The notes under the pieces were generated by a model. The model saw only the letters and a list, made by a program, of their open reading frames with translations. It was not told where the DNA came from and made no database searches. 48,986 bases of DNA, from positions 1 through 48,986 of the forward strand of contig JAKAKW010000010.1 in NCBI GenBank assembly GCA_021824345.1, given 5' to 3'. The DNA is from a bacterium (GTDB taxonomy: Bacteria > Patescibacteriota > Minisyncoccia > Phycocordibacterales > UBA9973). Positions 1-9,078 of this stretch are shown piece after piece (within the stretch, counting starts at the first letter, position 1; every line of letters begins with the position of its first letter). A program made the position numbers and the translations under genes.

Positions 1-58
1 ATATTGTACCTGCGACATAATATTGCAAGGTTATTTCTGCTAAAAGCTCGACTGTTAC

Positions 59-87
59 AGTATAGGTGAACGCTCGTTCACTGTCAA
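59..87 (-). promoter_or_regulatory. sigma70-type promoter with palindromic operator in the spacer
   Basis: Minus strand TTGACA (87-82), 17 nt spacer, TATACT (64-59); spacer holds GTGAACG-CT-CGTTCAC (66-81). Confidence 0.7.
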
Positions 88-106
88 GAAAAGGCTGTGG
101 AAAACC

Positions 107-685
107 CTAAAAGCCGATCCTTTGCGGCTTCGTTTCTTCTTTAAGCATTTGATGTATCGCTTGAAAGACGATCTTGAATTTCTTGTCATACTTTTTCTCC
201 AACTCTTCGATTTTTTCACGAAGTTCCCTATTGCCGGTAATCATTTCTCTGATTTTAGTGAAGGTGCGCATAATTTGGATATTTACTTGAATGGCCTGTT
301 CGCTTCGCAGAACGCTTGAAAGCATAGCAATGCCCTGCTCGGTGAAAACATGCGGGGCATAACGTTGCCCGCCCCAGCTTGAGGTCACAATTTGTGACCT
401 CAAGTTTTTTATATTATTTAGGTTACTAATTGAGTACTTTGAACTTGAGGTGTCAAATTGACACCTCAAGTTTTCCCACATTTTTATTTCCTGTTTGCTG
501 AGCTTAAACATAAAATCCTCGGGAAATCTTGCCCTGTTTCTGCTTACGGCTCGGTTCAAAATTTTTGTTTCCACCCCATAGAGCCCCGCCAAGTCGCGAT
601 CAAACATAACCTTTCGGCTCCTTATTAGATAAATTTTGTTTTGAATGACTTCTATGGGAGTCGTAATAATAATTTTTTCTTTCAT
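107..685 (-). CDS. ORF6N (KilA-N-like) domain DNA-binding protein
   Basis: KIYLIRSRKVMFDRDLAGLYGVETKILNRAVSRNRARFPEDFMF, FTEQGIAMLSSVLRS, C-terminal coiled coil ending RIGF. Confidence 0.9.
   Translation of the reverse strand: MKEKIIITTPIEVIQNKIYLIRSRKVMFDRDLAGLYGVETKILNRAVSRNRARFPEDFMFKLSKQEIKMWENLRCQFDTSSSKYSISNLNNIKNLRSQIVTSSWGGQRYAPHVFTEQGIAMLSSVLRSEQAIQVNIQIMRTFTKIREMITGNRELREKIEELEKKYDKKFKIVFQAIHQMLKEETKPQRIGF
378..404. repeat. perfect palindrome within ORF6N gene
   Basis: CTTGAGGTCACAA-T-TTGTGACCTCAAG. Confidence 0.95.
442..472. repeat. second perfect palindrome within ORF6N gene
   Basis: AACTTGAGGTGTCAA-A-TTGACACCTCAAGTT. Confidence 0.95.
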
Positions 686-715
686 GGCAATAATGTTGTG
701 ATTAATAACAATATG

Positions 716-754
716 CGGCGGATAACACGCGCGTTCTTCGCGTGTTATCCGCCG
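716..754. repeat. 16-bp stem-loop overlapping comM stop codon (possible terminator or 3' stabiliser)
   Basis: CGGCGGATAACACGCG-7 nt-CGCGTGTTATCCGCCG; no clear U-tract. Confidence 0.7.
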
Positions 755-2274
755 AACTTCGGCCTGTATTGCAGAGCTTCCAGAACATGTTCTGGACTGA
801 CCTCGGCATCTCCGCGGAGATCTGCGATGGTGCGCGCGACTTTGATCACCCGATGATATGCCCGGGCAGACAAAGCCAGGCGTTCGGCGCTCTGATTCAG
901 CAGTCCTAAAGCCGGCGCACTTATCCGGGACAGCTTTAAAATATCTTTTGCTTTTATATCAGAGTTCAGCCTTATTCCAGGTTCCGCTTTTTCAAACCTT
1001 TTCCGCTGAGTCTCTCTGGCCGAAAGCACCCTCGCTTTGATTGAACCGCTTTCTTCCCCGTTCTTTCCTTCTCCGAGCTTTTCATAATCAATTTTTCCGA
1101 CCGAGACCCACAGATCAATGCGATCAATAATCGGCCCGGAAATTTTTTTATTGTATCTCACCAGATCAAGAGGACTGCATCGGCATATTGATTCGTCTGA
1201 AAGATAGTTTCCGCACGGGCATGGATTCATGGCTGCCACTAAGATGAAGTTGGAAGGAAATATTGCCGTTTTTCTTGCCCTGGTGATGGAAATGAAATTT
1301 TCCTCCATGGGTTCTCGCAAGGCTTCAATGGAACGCTGTTCAAATTCAGGAAATTCATCCAAGAAAAGCACTCCGCGGTGGGCCAGCGTAACTTCTCCCG
1401 GCTTCGGATAAGCTCCCCCTCCCACTAATGAAACATATGAGGCGGTATGATGCGGGGATCGAAACGGCGGACAGGTGACAATCTTGCCCGCGCCTATGCC
1501 TGCAATGGAGTGAATCCCCGTCACTTCCAACGATTCTTCCATGGATAAATCAGGCAGGATGCCGGAAAACGCCCGGGCAAGCATGGTCTTTCCTGTACCG
1601 GGCGGTCCATACATGGCGATGTTGTGCCCGCCGGCCGCCGCAATCTCCAACCCTCTTTTCGCGCTTTCTTGCCCCTTTATATCAACGAAATCTTCCAAGG
1701 CGCCCGACAAACCATCCCGCTTTGGAACGGTCAGCGGGCAAGCCGGAATTTTTTTCTCTCCTGATAAGTGGTCCAACACTTCCCTTAAACTGCCGGATCC
1801 AAACACACTTATGCCGCATAAGAGCGCGGCTTCTTCGGCATTCTCTTCGGGCAGGAAAATTTCCGTGAAGCCCCTGCGGCGCGCTTCCTCCGCGAGAGGA
1901 AGCGCGCCGCGCACCGGCCGCAATGTTCCGTCCAACCCCAATTCTCCTAAAAATATTTTTTTCTCCGGCAAAAAATGCGCGGCCTCCGCCGCCAGAAGAT
2001 ACGAAAGAGCGATAGGCAGGTCAAAAAGCGATCCCTCCTTGCGCAGATCCGCCGGAGAAAGCGACACAGTGATTTTTTGGTTCTTTGATTTTGGGGAATC
2101 AAAACCGGAATTTTTAACTGCCGAGCTTACTCTGTCTTTGGCCTCATCCACTGCCTTTCCCGGCAAGCCAACCATGGAAAAAGAATGCAGTCCTCTGGAG
2201 AGATCCGTTTCTACGGACACAATTGTTCCGGAGAGAAGATTGATTTGGGCGGAATATACTTTTGCGAAGCTCAT
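745..2274 (-). CDS. comM: YifB/ComM Mg-chelatase-like AAA+ ATPase
   Basis: MVGLPGKAVDEAKDRV, GPPGTGKT Walker A, FRSPHHTAS, LFLDEFPEF, AAMNPCPCG, LSARAYHRVIKVARTIADL. Confidence 0.95.
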   Translation of the reverse strand: MSFAKVYSAQINLLSGTIVSVETDLSRGLHSFSMVGLPGKAVDEAKDRVSSAVKNSGFDSPKSKNQKITVSLSPADLRKEGSLFDLPIALSYLLAAEAAHFLPEKKIFLGELGLDGTLRPVRGALPLAEEARRRGFTEIFLPEENAEEAALLCGISVFGSGSLREVLDHLSGEKKIPACPLTVPKRDGLSGALEDFVDIKGQESAKRGLEIAAAGGHNIAMYGPPGTGKTMLARAFSGILPDLSMEESLEVTGIHSIAGIGAGKIVTCPPFRSPHHTASYVSLVGGGAYPKPGEVTLAHRGVLFLDEFPEFEQRSIEALREPMEENFISITRARKTAIFPSNFILVAAMNPCPCGNYLSDESICRCSPLDLVRYNKKISGPIIDRIDLWVSVGKIDYEKLGEGKNGEESGSIKARVLSARETQRKRFEKAEPGIRLNSDIKAKDILKLSRISAPALGLLNQSAERLALSARAYHRVIKVARTIADLRGDAEVSPEHVLEALQYRPKFGG

Positions 2275-2280
2275 GCCAAT

Positions 2281-2310
2281 AAAAAAAGCGAATGACTTTT
2301 AATCATCCGC
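2281..2310 (-). terminator. intrinsic terminator immediately upstream of comM
   Basis: Minus strand GCGGATGATT-AAA-AGTCATTCGC followed by T7, 6 nt before the ATG. Confidence 0.65.
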
Positions 2311-2337
2311 TCCAGGCGGTAAGAAAACACAGTTGTC

Positions 2338-2370
2338 CGGCAGGGCGGAGGGTTACCCTCCGCCCTGCCG
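2338..2370. repeat. 15-bp GC-rich perfect hairpin after dksA-like gene
   Basis: CGGCAGGGCGGAGGG-TTA-CCCTCCGCCCTGCCG. Confidence 0.85.
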
Positions 2371-2375
2371 CCTAT

Positions 2376-2735
2376 TTATGCCTTATTCATATGCTTCTTG
2401 CAGGTTTCCGCGGCGGGATTGGCTTTCAGCCGATCCATCTCAATCTCCTTTCCGCACACCGCGCATTTGCCGAAGGATTCTTTCCTAATATCCTTCAGCG
2501 CCTTTTCCACCAGCTTCAGCCTCTCCTCTAATACCTTTACCGTGGAACTCCTTGATTCAAAATCTTCAAAACGATCCGCCATGGCGTTAGAATCGGACTC
2601 CGGCGAGTCTTGCTCTTCGGGAAAGGCCTCCCATTCGTCTGTTTCCTTGTTAAAACGGCCGATCTCTTTGAGCTGGTCCGTAAGGTCGGCTTTCTCTTTT
2701 TCCAGATCTTCTTTTATCTTGTCTTTATCCAACAT
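2376..2735 (-). CDS. TraR/DksA family zinc-finger transcription factor
   Basis: Coiled coil with acidic tip, FGKCAVCGKEIEMDRLKANPAAETCKKH. Confidence 0.85.
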   Translation of the reverse strand: MLDKDKIKEDLEKEKADLTDQLKEIGRFNKETDEWEAFPEEQDSPESDSNAMADRFEDFESRSSTVKVLEERLKLVEKALKDIRKESFGKCAVCGKEIEMDRLKANPAAETCKKHMNKA

Positions 2736-2808
2736 GCCAAGATACTAGCATAAAAGTTGCGCAAGGCCTAGACTTGCCTAATGCGCGTTTTCGTTGTGTT
2801 TTGGAATG

Positions 2809-3660
2809 CTACTTCGCCACCTTGGCACCGGAGAGCCTGGACAGAACCTCGTCTACCGCTGAAATACCGTTCGTTATAATCACAGAGTTGTCGTCGGCAA
2901 ATACATACATTAGAACGATATTGCCATTATTGTCATAGAGCACTCGAGCATTTTTGTTTTCTATGATGCCGTCTTGAAAATTTTCCGTAAGGAGATACTT
3001 ATTTTCCGCAGTTATGTTAATCCCGAACATTCCGGATAAATCTGAAAGCATTGTGCCTTCCCAAGCGCGCATGGATCCGAAAATATCGTCAAGTGAACTG
3101 ACTTTCAGAAGAACCAGCGGATCCTTGCCGGACGTTCCGTTATATACTCCGATCAAAAAATCGGTTATGGAAGAGACTCCGCTTGAAGGGAAACCCCATT
3201 TAAGAATGGAATTCAAATTGCCGAATGAAATGTTTCGTCCGTTGTTCGTCAAAAAAATTCCTTCTATGCCTCCGGCCTTTACGTCCGCTTCTGATATTTT
3301 TGCGTTCAAGAGCGAAGAGGTGTCCTTGGCGGACAGGTCTTTGGTTTCGTTGAATGAATTTTTGTCGACAAAAATAGCTGTCCCAAACGGAGCCTGGAGG
3401 GGTACTATGCCGGCTTTCTCGCCGAGGAATGTGGCAAACACCATGGCCCCCAGCGCCAATACGAGCAGAACCATTCCCGCTATCATGAAAATTCTGTTTC
3501 GGAGGCTTTCGGGAGAAAGATTCTTTTTTTGCCTTTCCCTTTCTTCTTCCTCCTGGATTATCTTCTTTATCGTACTTCCTTTGTCGCTCTCCAAAACCTT
3601 CACCATGTCATCGGTGTAGGTTTCAACGCTCTTTATTTTTGGCTGTTCTTCCTGTTCCAT
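2809..3660 (-). CDS. hypothetical single-pass membrane protein
   Basis: Likely start MEQEEQ at 3660; one TM helix (IFMIAGMVLLVLALGAMVFATFL) then extracytoplasmic domain. Confidence 0.7.
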   Translation of the reverse strand: MEQEEQPKIKSVETYTDDMVKVLESDKGSTIKKIIQEEEERERQKKNLSPESLRNRIFMIAGMVLLVLALGAMVFATFLGEKAGIVPLQAPFGTAIFVDKNSFNETKDLSAKDTSSLLNAKISEADVKAGGIEGIFLTNNGRNISFGNLNSILKWGFPSSGVSSITDFLIGVYNGTSGKDPLVLLKVSSLDDIFGSMRAWEGTMLSDLSGMFGINITAENKYLLTENFQDGIIENKNARVLYDNNGNIVLMYVFADDNSVIITNGISAVDEVLSRLSGAKVAK

Positions 3661-3714
3661 GTTTAGAATGGCGAGAAAAAAACCAGAGGGGAAGAATATC
3701 AATCGGATATGCGG

Positions 3715-5862
3715 CTATTTTCCGGAATCGGAGCTCGGCAAGGGTTTGAAAAAATCCTTGTCAGCCGCTTTTATGGACAGCGCAACTTTTCCTTGTTCCG
3801 GATCTACTCGGAGCACCTTTACCGGCACAATCATCCCCACTTTCAGTATATCGCTAACCCGTTCAACGCGAAAGGGAGCTATTTCGGATATATGCACCAT
3901 GCCGTCGGTGAATTCATTCAACCGCACAAAAGCGCCAAAGTCGGCAATACGCACCACTTCCCCTTTCAGAGATTCTCCGGGCTTCCATTCATGAGTCATG
4001 CTTCCGATGATTTCCTTGGCTTTTTCGGGGGCCTCGCCCTTGCCGGTAAGGTATACGGTGCCGTCATCTTCAATGGTAATTTCCGCGCCGGTTTTTTCCT
4101 TGATCTCTTTCACCGTTTTTCCGCCGCTGCCGATTACCATGCCTATCTGATCGGGCGTGATGGACATGATCAAAATCTTCGGAGCATTCGGAGAAATTTC
4201 TTTCCTCGGGGAAGGTATTTCTTTTTCTATCTGATCCAGTATGGCCAGGCGCGCTTTTTTCGATTGGATCATGGCTTCGTACAATATTTTTACCGGCACC
4301 CCTTCAACTTTTACGTCAAGTTGAATGGCGGTAACTCCGTCTCTTGTACCGGCAATTTTGAAATCCATATCTCCGTGATGATCTTCCGGTCCCTGAATAT
4401 CCGTCAACACTTTGTATTTTTCGTCGCTTTCATACATTAGCCCCATGGCAATGCCGGCGACCGGAGCTTTGATCGGAACTCCGCCATCCATAAGAGCCAA
4501 TGTGCTTGCGCAGATTGACGCTTGAGAAGTGGAACCGTTGGAGGCCATTGATTCGGAAACAATGCGGATGGTATACGGAAACTCTTCCAATCTTGGAAGA
4601 ATCATGGCCAGAGCTTTTTCCGCCAGCGCTCCGTGCCCCACCTCCCGGCGGTTGGTAAACCCCGCCCGGCCCGTTTCTCCGGCGGAATACGGCGGGAAAT
4701 TGTAGTGATGCATGAATCTGCGCTCCACTTTTTCTTCCATTCCGTCTACCAAAAATCTGTCCTCCGGCCCGCCCAATGTAAGCGCTGAAAATACGTGAGT
4801 GCCTCCGCGATAGAAAATCCCGGAACCGTGCAAGATGGAAGAAACGCCCCCGGCCTGGACATATAGGCCTCTAAGCTCATCCATTCCCCTGCCGTCAGCG
4901 CGCTTCCCTTCTTCTATCGCCTTTTTATGAATTATCTCATTTTCAGTTTCGTCAAAAAGATCGTCCTCTCGAGAGAAGTCGGATTTGTTCGGATCTTTTT
5001 CCTTCCAATATTCCCGGATAGTTTTGTTCCATTCAGTGTGCAATTCGTCTATCTCTTTTTTACCGGGTCCGGCAAATATTGCGTCTTCCATTTTGGATAG
5101 AATTTTTTCTTCAAAAACTTTTTTGGATTCATCAGACAAGGGCTCCTTCTCCAGTTTTCTTTTCTCTCGTCCGATTTCCTTCACGATTTTTTTCTGAAAA
5201 TCCTCCAACTTTCCGATTTCTTCACTGGCAGAAGACAAGGCTTCCTTAAGCCCATCCTCGGACTCTTCATGCGCCGAGGCTTCAATCATATTTATGTTTC
5301 CGTTTTTCCCGCAAACGGTAAGGTCAAATTTGTACATCCAGTCTTCGGCGCGAAGCTTGCGGGAAGCGTTGATTTTAAGCGCCTCATCGTCATATTTGCC
5401 TATGCGCACGGATCCTACCGGCCCGTTCCAGGGTATGTCGGAAACGGACAACGCCAAAGAAGCGGCATTTACTCCCAGCGTCACGGGGTCATTGTCTTCG
5501 TCTACGGAAATTACCGTCACAATCACCTGTACCGCGTGCCGGATAGTCTGATCGAAAAGCGGGCGCAGGGTCCGGTCTATTACGCGGGCCGCTAAAATCG
5601 CTTCCTGGGACGGCTTCCCTTCCCGGCGCACAAAACGAGAACCGAGAATTTTTCCGGAGGCGTAGAATTTTTCCATATAATCAACGGTCAAGTTGAAATA
5701 GCCTTTTGAGGCTTCAGCTTCCTTGGACATGCAAGCGGTTGCCAGCACGATAGTTTCTCCGTATTTAAGCAATACGGATCCTGAGGCCTGTTCGGCCAAA
5801 TCAGTGAAGATGGCAGTCATGGTTTTTCCGCCTATCTCCACGGAATATTCTTTCTTTTGCAT
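3715..5862 (-). CDS. pnp: polyribonucleotide nucleotidyltransferase (PNPase)
   Basis: RVIDRTLRPLF, FMHHYNFPPYS, RREVGHGALAE, SNGSTSQAS, GDMDFKIAGT, KH and S1 domains. Confidence 0.98.
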   Translation of the reverse strand: MQKKEYSVEIGGKTMTAIFTDLAEQASGSVLLKYGETIVLATACMSKEAEASKGYFNLTVDYMEKFYASGKILGSRFVRREGKPSQEAILAARVIDRTLRPLFDQTIRHAVQVIVTVISVDEDNDPVTLGVNAASLALSVSDIPWNGPVGSVRIGKYDDEALKINASRKLRAEDWMYKFDLTVCGKNGNINMIEASAHEESEDGLKEALSSASEEIGKLEDFQKKIVKEIGREKRKLEKEPLSDESKKVFEEKILSKMEDAIFAGPGKKEIDELHTEWNKTIREYWKEKDPNKSDFSREDDLFDETENEIIHKKAIEEGKRADGRGMDELRGLYVQAGGVSSILHGSGIFYRGGTHVFSALTLGGPEDRFLVDGMEEKVERRFMHHYNFPPYSAGETGRAGFTNRREVGHGALAEKALAMILPRLEEFPYTIRIVSESMASNGSTSQASICASTLALMDGGVPIKAPVAGIAMGLMYESDEKYKVLTDIQGPEDHHGDMDFKIAGTRDGVTAIQLDVKVEGVPVKILYEAMIQSKKARLAILDQIEKEIPSPRKEISPNAPKILIMSITPDQIGMVIGSGGKTVKEIKEKTGAEITIEDDGTVYLTGKGEAPEKAKEIIGSMTHEWKPGESLKGEVVRIADFGAFVRLNEFTDGMVHISEIAPFRVERVSDILKVGMIVPVKVLRVDPEQGKVALSIKAADKDFFKPLPSSDSGK

Positions 5863-5874
5863 TTTTGTTTCTCT

Positions 5875-5990
5875 GCCCCGCAGGAATCCGGCGCAAACGC
5901 GCCAAATTCCTGCGGGGCCTTAGTTCTTCTTCAGACTAAAGTATTGTTCCGGCATCTATCGGGAACACTACTATCTGTCTGAAGACGAAC
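5875..5990. promoter_or_regulatory. two stem-loops in the pnp 5' leader
   Basis: GCCCCGCAGGAAT...ATTCCTGCGGGGC (5875-5918) and TCTTCAGAC...GTCTGAAGA with inner TGTTCC/GGAACA (5923-5990). Confidence 0.6.
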
Positions 5991-6037
5991 CGGTTAACTT
6001 ATAATTTGTTTTCATACTAGCACCGAGGGAACAAAAT

Positions 6038-6200
6038 GCAAGCAGGAGCAAGCGTTTAGCCTTCTCGCTTTCCTCGCCGCCCCAGCGAGGCGGCTCAGGG
6101 GTCTCGCCCCCGCTCTCTCGTTCGCCTGCCGGCGAACTCGAACCGTGCCCGCTCGGGCTCGCAACCCGCTGCGAAGGCAAACGCTTGCTCCTGCTATTGC
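6038..6200. repeat. long GC-rich branched palindromic element
   Basis: 17-bp arms AGCAGGAGCAAGCGTTT (6041-6057)/AAACGCTTGCTCCTGCT (6179-6195) enclosing smaller hairpins. Confidence 0.85.
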
Positions 6201-6206
6201 CCTGTT

Positions 6207-6725
6207 TTAGTGCCGTCCGTTTCCCATTAAAAACTTTTTGGGGTTTTCGGAGAGATCCAGAAAGTCGTCCGCGGCTTCCTTGAGCTGCATGGAGGTGGAT
6301 TTGCCGAATGACGCCACTTCCACCAGCACTCCGGCGTAATTCTGCAGATATTCCACCAAAGGTATGAAATCCCCGTCCCCGGAGCAAATCACTACGGAGT
6401 CAAGCCGGCTGGCCATGCGCATTACATCCACGGTTAATCCTACGTCCCAGTCCGCCTTTTTCTCGCCGGAACGGAAAATCTGCAAGTTCTTCGTTTTAGT
6501 TTCAATTCCAATCTTGGTCAAAGCCTCAAAAAAATTCTTTTCGTCTCCGGCTTCAGTGGTTATCACATAGGCGATCGCCCGCACCAATTTCCGGCCGTTT
6601 ACCGCTTCCTTTAGTACCGCGCCAAAATTCACTCGCGCTTTATACAGATTGCGAGCGGAGTGGTACAAGTTTTGGGCGTCAATAAAAACGCCCACTCTCT
6701 GTTCTTTATGTTTTATTATTGCCAT
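6207..6725 (-). CDS. NYN (LabA/DUF88) PIN-like ribonuclease domain protein
   Basis: VFIDAQNL, KKADWDV, SGDGDFIPLVEYL, ADDFLDL. Confidence 0.92.
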   Translation of the reverse strand: MAIIKHKEQRVGVFIDAQNLYHSARNLYKARVNFGAVLKEAVNGRKLVRAIAYVITTEAGDEKNFFEALTKIGIETKTKNLQIFRSGEKKADWDVGLTVDVMRMASRLDSVVICSGDGDFIPLVEYLQNYAGVLVEVASFGKSTSMQLKEAADDFLDLSENPKKFLMGNGRH

Positions 6726-6742
6726 TTGGGAGCCCGGTTGAG

Positions 6743-7006
6743 TTACACCAGGTCTATTTTCTTTACCAGCGCATTATAGCGAGTTTTGTTTTTTCTCTCA
6801 AGATATTTGAGGTGCGCGCGCCGGTCCGCAACCATCTTGATCAATCCCCGGCGGGAGCTGTTATCTTTTTTGTGTTTCTTTAAGTGCTTGGCAAGTTCGT
6901 CAATCTGAGCTGAAAGTATTGCCACCTGCACTTCCGAAGAACCGGTGTCCTTCTCGTGGACCCGGCTTTTCTTGATAACAGTCTGTTTCTTTTTGGTATC
7001 TAACAT
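6743..7006 (-). CDS. rpsO: 30S ribosomal protein S15
   Basis: DTGSSEVQVAILS, HKKDNSSRRGLIKMV; start at MLDTKKK. Confidence 0.97.
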   Translation of the reverse strand: MLDTKKKQTVIKKSRVHEKDTGSSEVQVAILSAQIDELAKHLKKHKKDNSSRRGLIKMVADRRAHLKYLERKNKTRYNALVKKIDLV

Positions 7007-7081
7007 GCGTTTATCGTAGCATATATAAGGATAAATTGCAAATATATTGTGCGACATTAATGAAATGGTAGAATATAAAGC

Positions 7082-8035
7082 ATGGCGGAGGACATAGAAG
7101 AAGAAAACACAAAAAAGCCGAAAACCGACATTGAAAAAAAGAAAAGGGAATTTTTGGAGTATTTGGAACTGGAAAAAGGGTCCAGTTTGAAGACGATTGA
7201 GAATTATGACCGTTATCTTTCCCGCTTTTTTGATTTTGCGGGCATAAAAAAAGCCGGCGATATCAGCGATGAAAATATCCGCGAGTTTCGACTGTATCTA
7301 AACAGGCAGAAAGGAAACAAAGTGCGCGGCCAAACGGAAGCCACCATGAAAAAAAACACTCAGAATTATTATCTGATCGCTTTGCGCGTATTTCTGAAAT
7401 ATTTGATGAAGCGGGACACTCCCGCCCTCTCCCCTGATCGCATAGAGTTGGCAAAAATCAAAGAGAGGGGCTTGGATTTGATTTCCCCGGAGGAGCTTTC
7501 CCGTCTATTGGACAGTCCGGAAGGAAAAGAATTGGGAGACATGCGCGATAAGGCGATTCTTGAGCTTTTCTTTTCCACCGGTTTGCGCGTTTCGGAACTT
7601 GCTTCACTCAACCGGGATTTGGATTTGTCCAAAGACGAGTTCTCCGTCCGGGGAAAGGGAGAAAAAGTGCGAGTGGTTTTTTTATCAGACAGCGCAAAGC
7701 GCGCCATAAAGGAATATTTGGCAAAACGCAAAGATATGGAAGAAGCCATGTTTGTAAATTTGCCGAAACAAGAGAAGGCTCCCGTTTCGCGCTTGACCAC
7801 GCGTTCAATTCAGAGGATCGTGAAACATTACGCAACCAAGGCTGGAATATCAAAGAAGGTAACTCCCCATATCCTGCGCCATTCTTTTGCTACCGATCTT
7901 CTGCGAAACGGAGCCGATATCCGGAGCGTGCAGATGATGCTGGGGCACGCAAACATATCTACCACTCAGATATATACTCATGTAACGGATAAACAATTAT
8001 TGGAGGTTCACAAGAAGTTTCACAGCAGGAAGTAA
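7082..8035 (+). CDS. XerC/XerD-family tyrosine recombinase
   Basis: STGLRVSEL, GKGEKVR, HILRHSFATDLL, LGHANISTTQIY catalytic residues. Confidence 0.93.
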   Translation: MAEDIEEENTKKPKTDIEKKKREFLEYLELEKGSSLKTIENYDRYLSRFFDFAGIKKAGDISDENIREFRLYLNRQKGNKVRGQTEATMKKNTQNYYLIALRVFLKYLMKRDTPALSPDRIELAKIKERGLDLISPEELSRLLDSPEGKELGDMRDKAILELFFSTGLRVSELASLNRDLDLSKDEFSVRGKGEKVRVVFLSDSAKRAIKEYLAKRKDMEEAMFVNLPKQEKAPVSRLTTRSIQRIVKHYATKAGISKKVTPHILRHSFATDLLRNGADIRSVQMMLGHANISTTQIYTHVTDKQLLEVHKKFHSRK

Positions 8036-8157
8036 GCACAGAGGGCAAGATATGTTCTTCTTCGGGTACGGGATTTTTCTTGCTAGAAAAATCCCTGAAG
8101 TTCTCGCGCCGTCGCGCTCGAAACCCCCTGCGAAAAACATGTCTTGCCCTCTGTGCT
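8035..8157. repeat. long branched palindromic element between xer and xth
   Basis: 22-bp arms AGCACAGAGGGCAAGATATGTT/AACATGTCTTGCCCTCTGTGCT (one G-T), inner GGGATTTTTCT/AGAAAAATCCC. Confidence 0.85.
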
Positions 8158-8168
8158 ACAATTTACTT

Positions 8169-8963
8169 ATGCGAATAATTTCCTGGAACGTAAACGGCAT
8201 ACGGGCGGTGCATAAAAAAGGATTGTTTTTGCCGTTTGTAAAAAAATACAAGCCGGATATTCTTTGCCTGCAGGAAACCAAAGCGGAGCAGAATCAGAGC
8301 CCGATTGACTTGCCTGATTACGAAGAGTATTGGAACTCGGCCGAGCGCAAAGGATACAGCGGGACAGCCATCTTCACCCGCGTGAAACCTAAAAAAATCA
8401 TGCTCGGTTTGCCGGAGGGGATAGAGAAAAAATACGATCTGGCTGATGATTATGGAGATCCGAACAAGGAGGGCAGGGTAATCGCTGCAGAATATGAAAA
8501 ATTTTTTGTGGTTTCCGTTTATACGCCAAACGCCAAAGATGATCTTTCTCGCCTTCCTCTTCGCCATAAGCAATGGGATCCGGCCTTTCTCGAATATATG
8601 AGATCACTGGACAAGAAAAAACCGGTAATATTTTGCGGGGATTTGAATGTCGCCCATACTCCGGACGATCTTGCTCATCCTAAAGCAAATGAAGGGAAGA
8701 AAGGTTTCACGAAGGAAGAGCGCGAAGGAATTGACAGAATTATCTCGGCCGGTTTCACGGATACGTTTCGCCTGTTTACAAAAGGCAACGGACACTACAG
8801 CTGGTGGAGCCATTTCGCCAACTCCCGCGCCCGGAACGTCGGCTGGCGCATAGACTACATTTTTGCGAGCATACGTTTGTCAAAAAAAGTGAAACAGGCG
8901 AAAATTTTGCCGGAAGTAATGGGCTCCGACCATTGCCCGGTGATGATTGAGATTTCGGAATAA
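8169..8963 (+). CDS. xth: exodeoxyribonuclease III / AP endonuclease
   Basis: ISWNVNGIRA, LCLQETK, GDLNVAH, GWRIDY, GSDHCP; start moved to MRIIS. Confidence 0.96.
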   Translation: MRIISWNVNGIRAVHKKGLFLPFVKKYKPDILCLQETKAEQNQSPIDLPDYEEYWNSAERKGYSGTAIFTRVKPKKIMLGLPEGIEKKYDLADDYGDPNKEGRVIAAEYEKFFVVSVYTPNAKDDLSRLPLRHKQWDPAFLEYMRSLDKKKPVIFCGDLNVAHTPDDLAHPKANEGKKGFTKEEREGIDRIISAGFTDTFRLFTKGNGHYSWWSHFANSRARNVGWRIDYIFASIRLSKKVKQAKILPEVMGSDHCPVMIEISE

Positions 8964-8990
8964 AATGATAGAATAGCGAAGCGAAAGCAT

Positions 8991-9072
8991 GCCGCGGTGG
9001 TGAAATTGGTAGACACGTACGCTTCAGGTGCGTATGGAGCAATCCATGGGAGTTCGAGTCTCCCCCGCGGCA
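8991..9072 (+). tRNA. tRNA-Leu(CAG)
   Basis: GCCGCGG acceptor stem, anticodon loop TTCAGGT, long variable arm, GTTCGAGTC T-arm; CCA not encoded. Confidence 0.95.
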
Positions 9073-9078
9073 CAAGGT

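Noticed and set aside
378-472. Mini CRISPR array
   Set aside because: Only two non-identical palindromes, in-frame within a conserved CDS, and no cas genes
1541-2302. Long antisense ORFs (also 3709-4440, 22556-23296, 38971-39738)
   Set aside because: Shadow frames opposite well-supported genes
5971-6387. 138-aa minus-strand ORF
   Set aside because: Overlaps the NYN gene out of frame and runs through the GC-rich palindrome; no recognisable motifs
8052-8168. N-terminal extension of xth
   Set aside because: Translation of the hairpin element; the family start is MRIISWN at 8169
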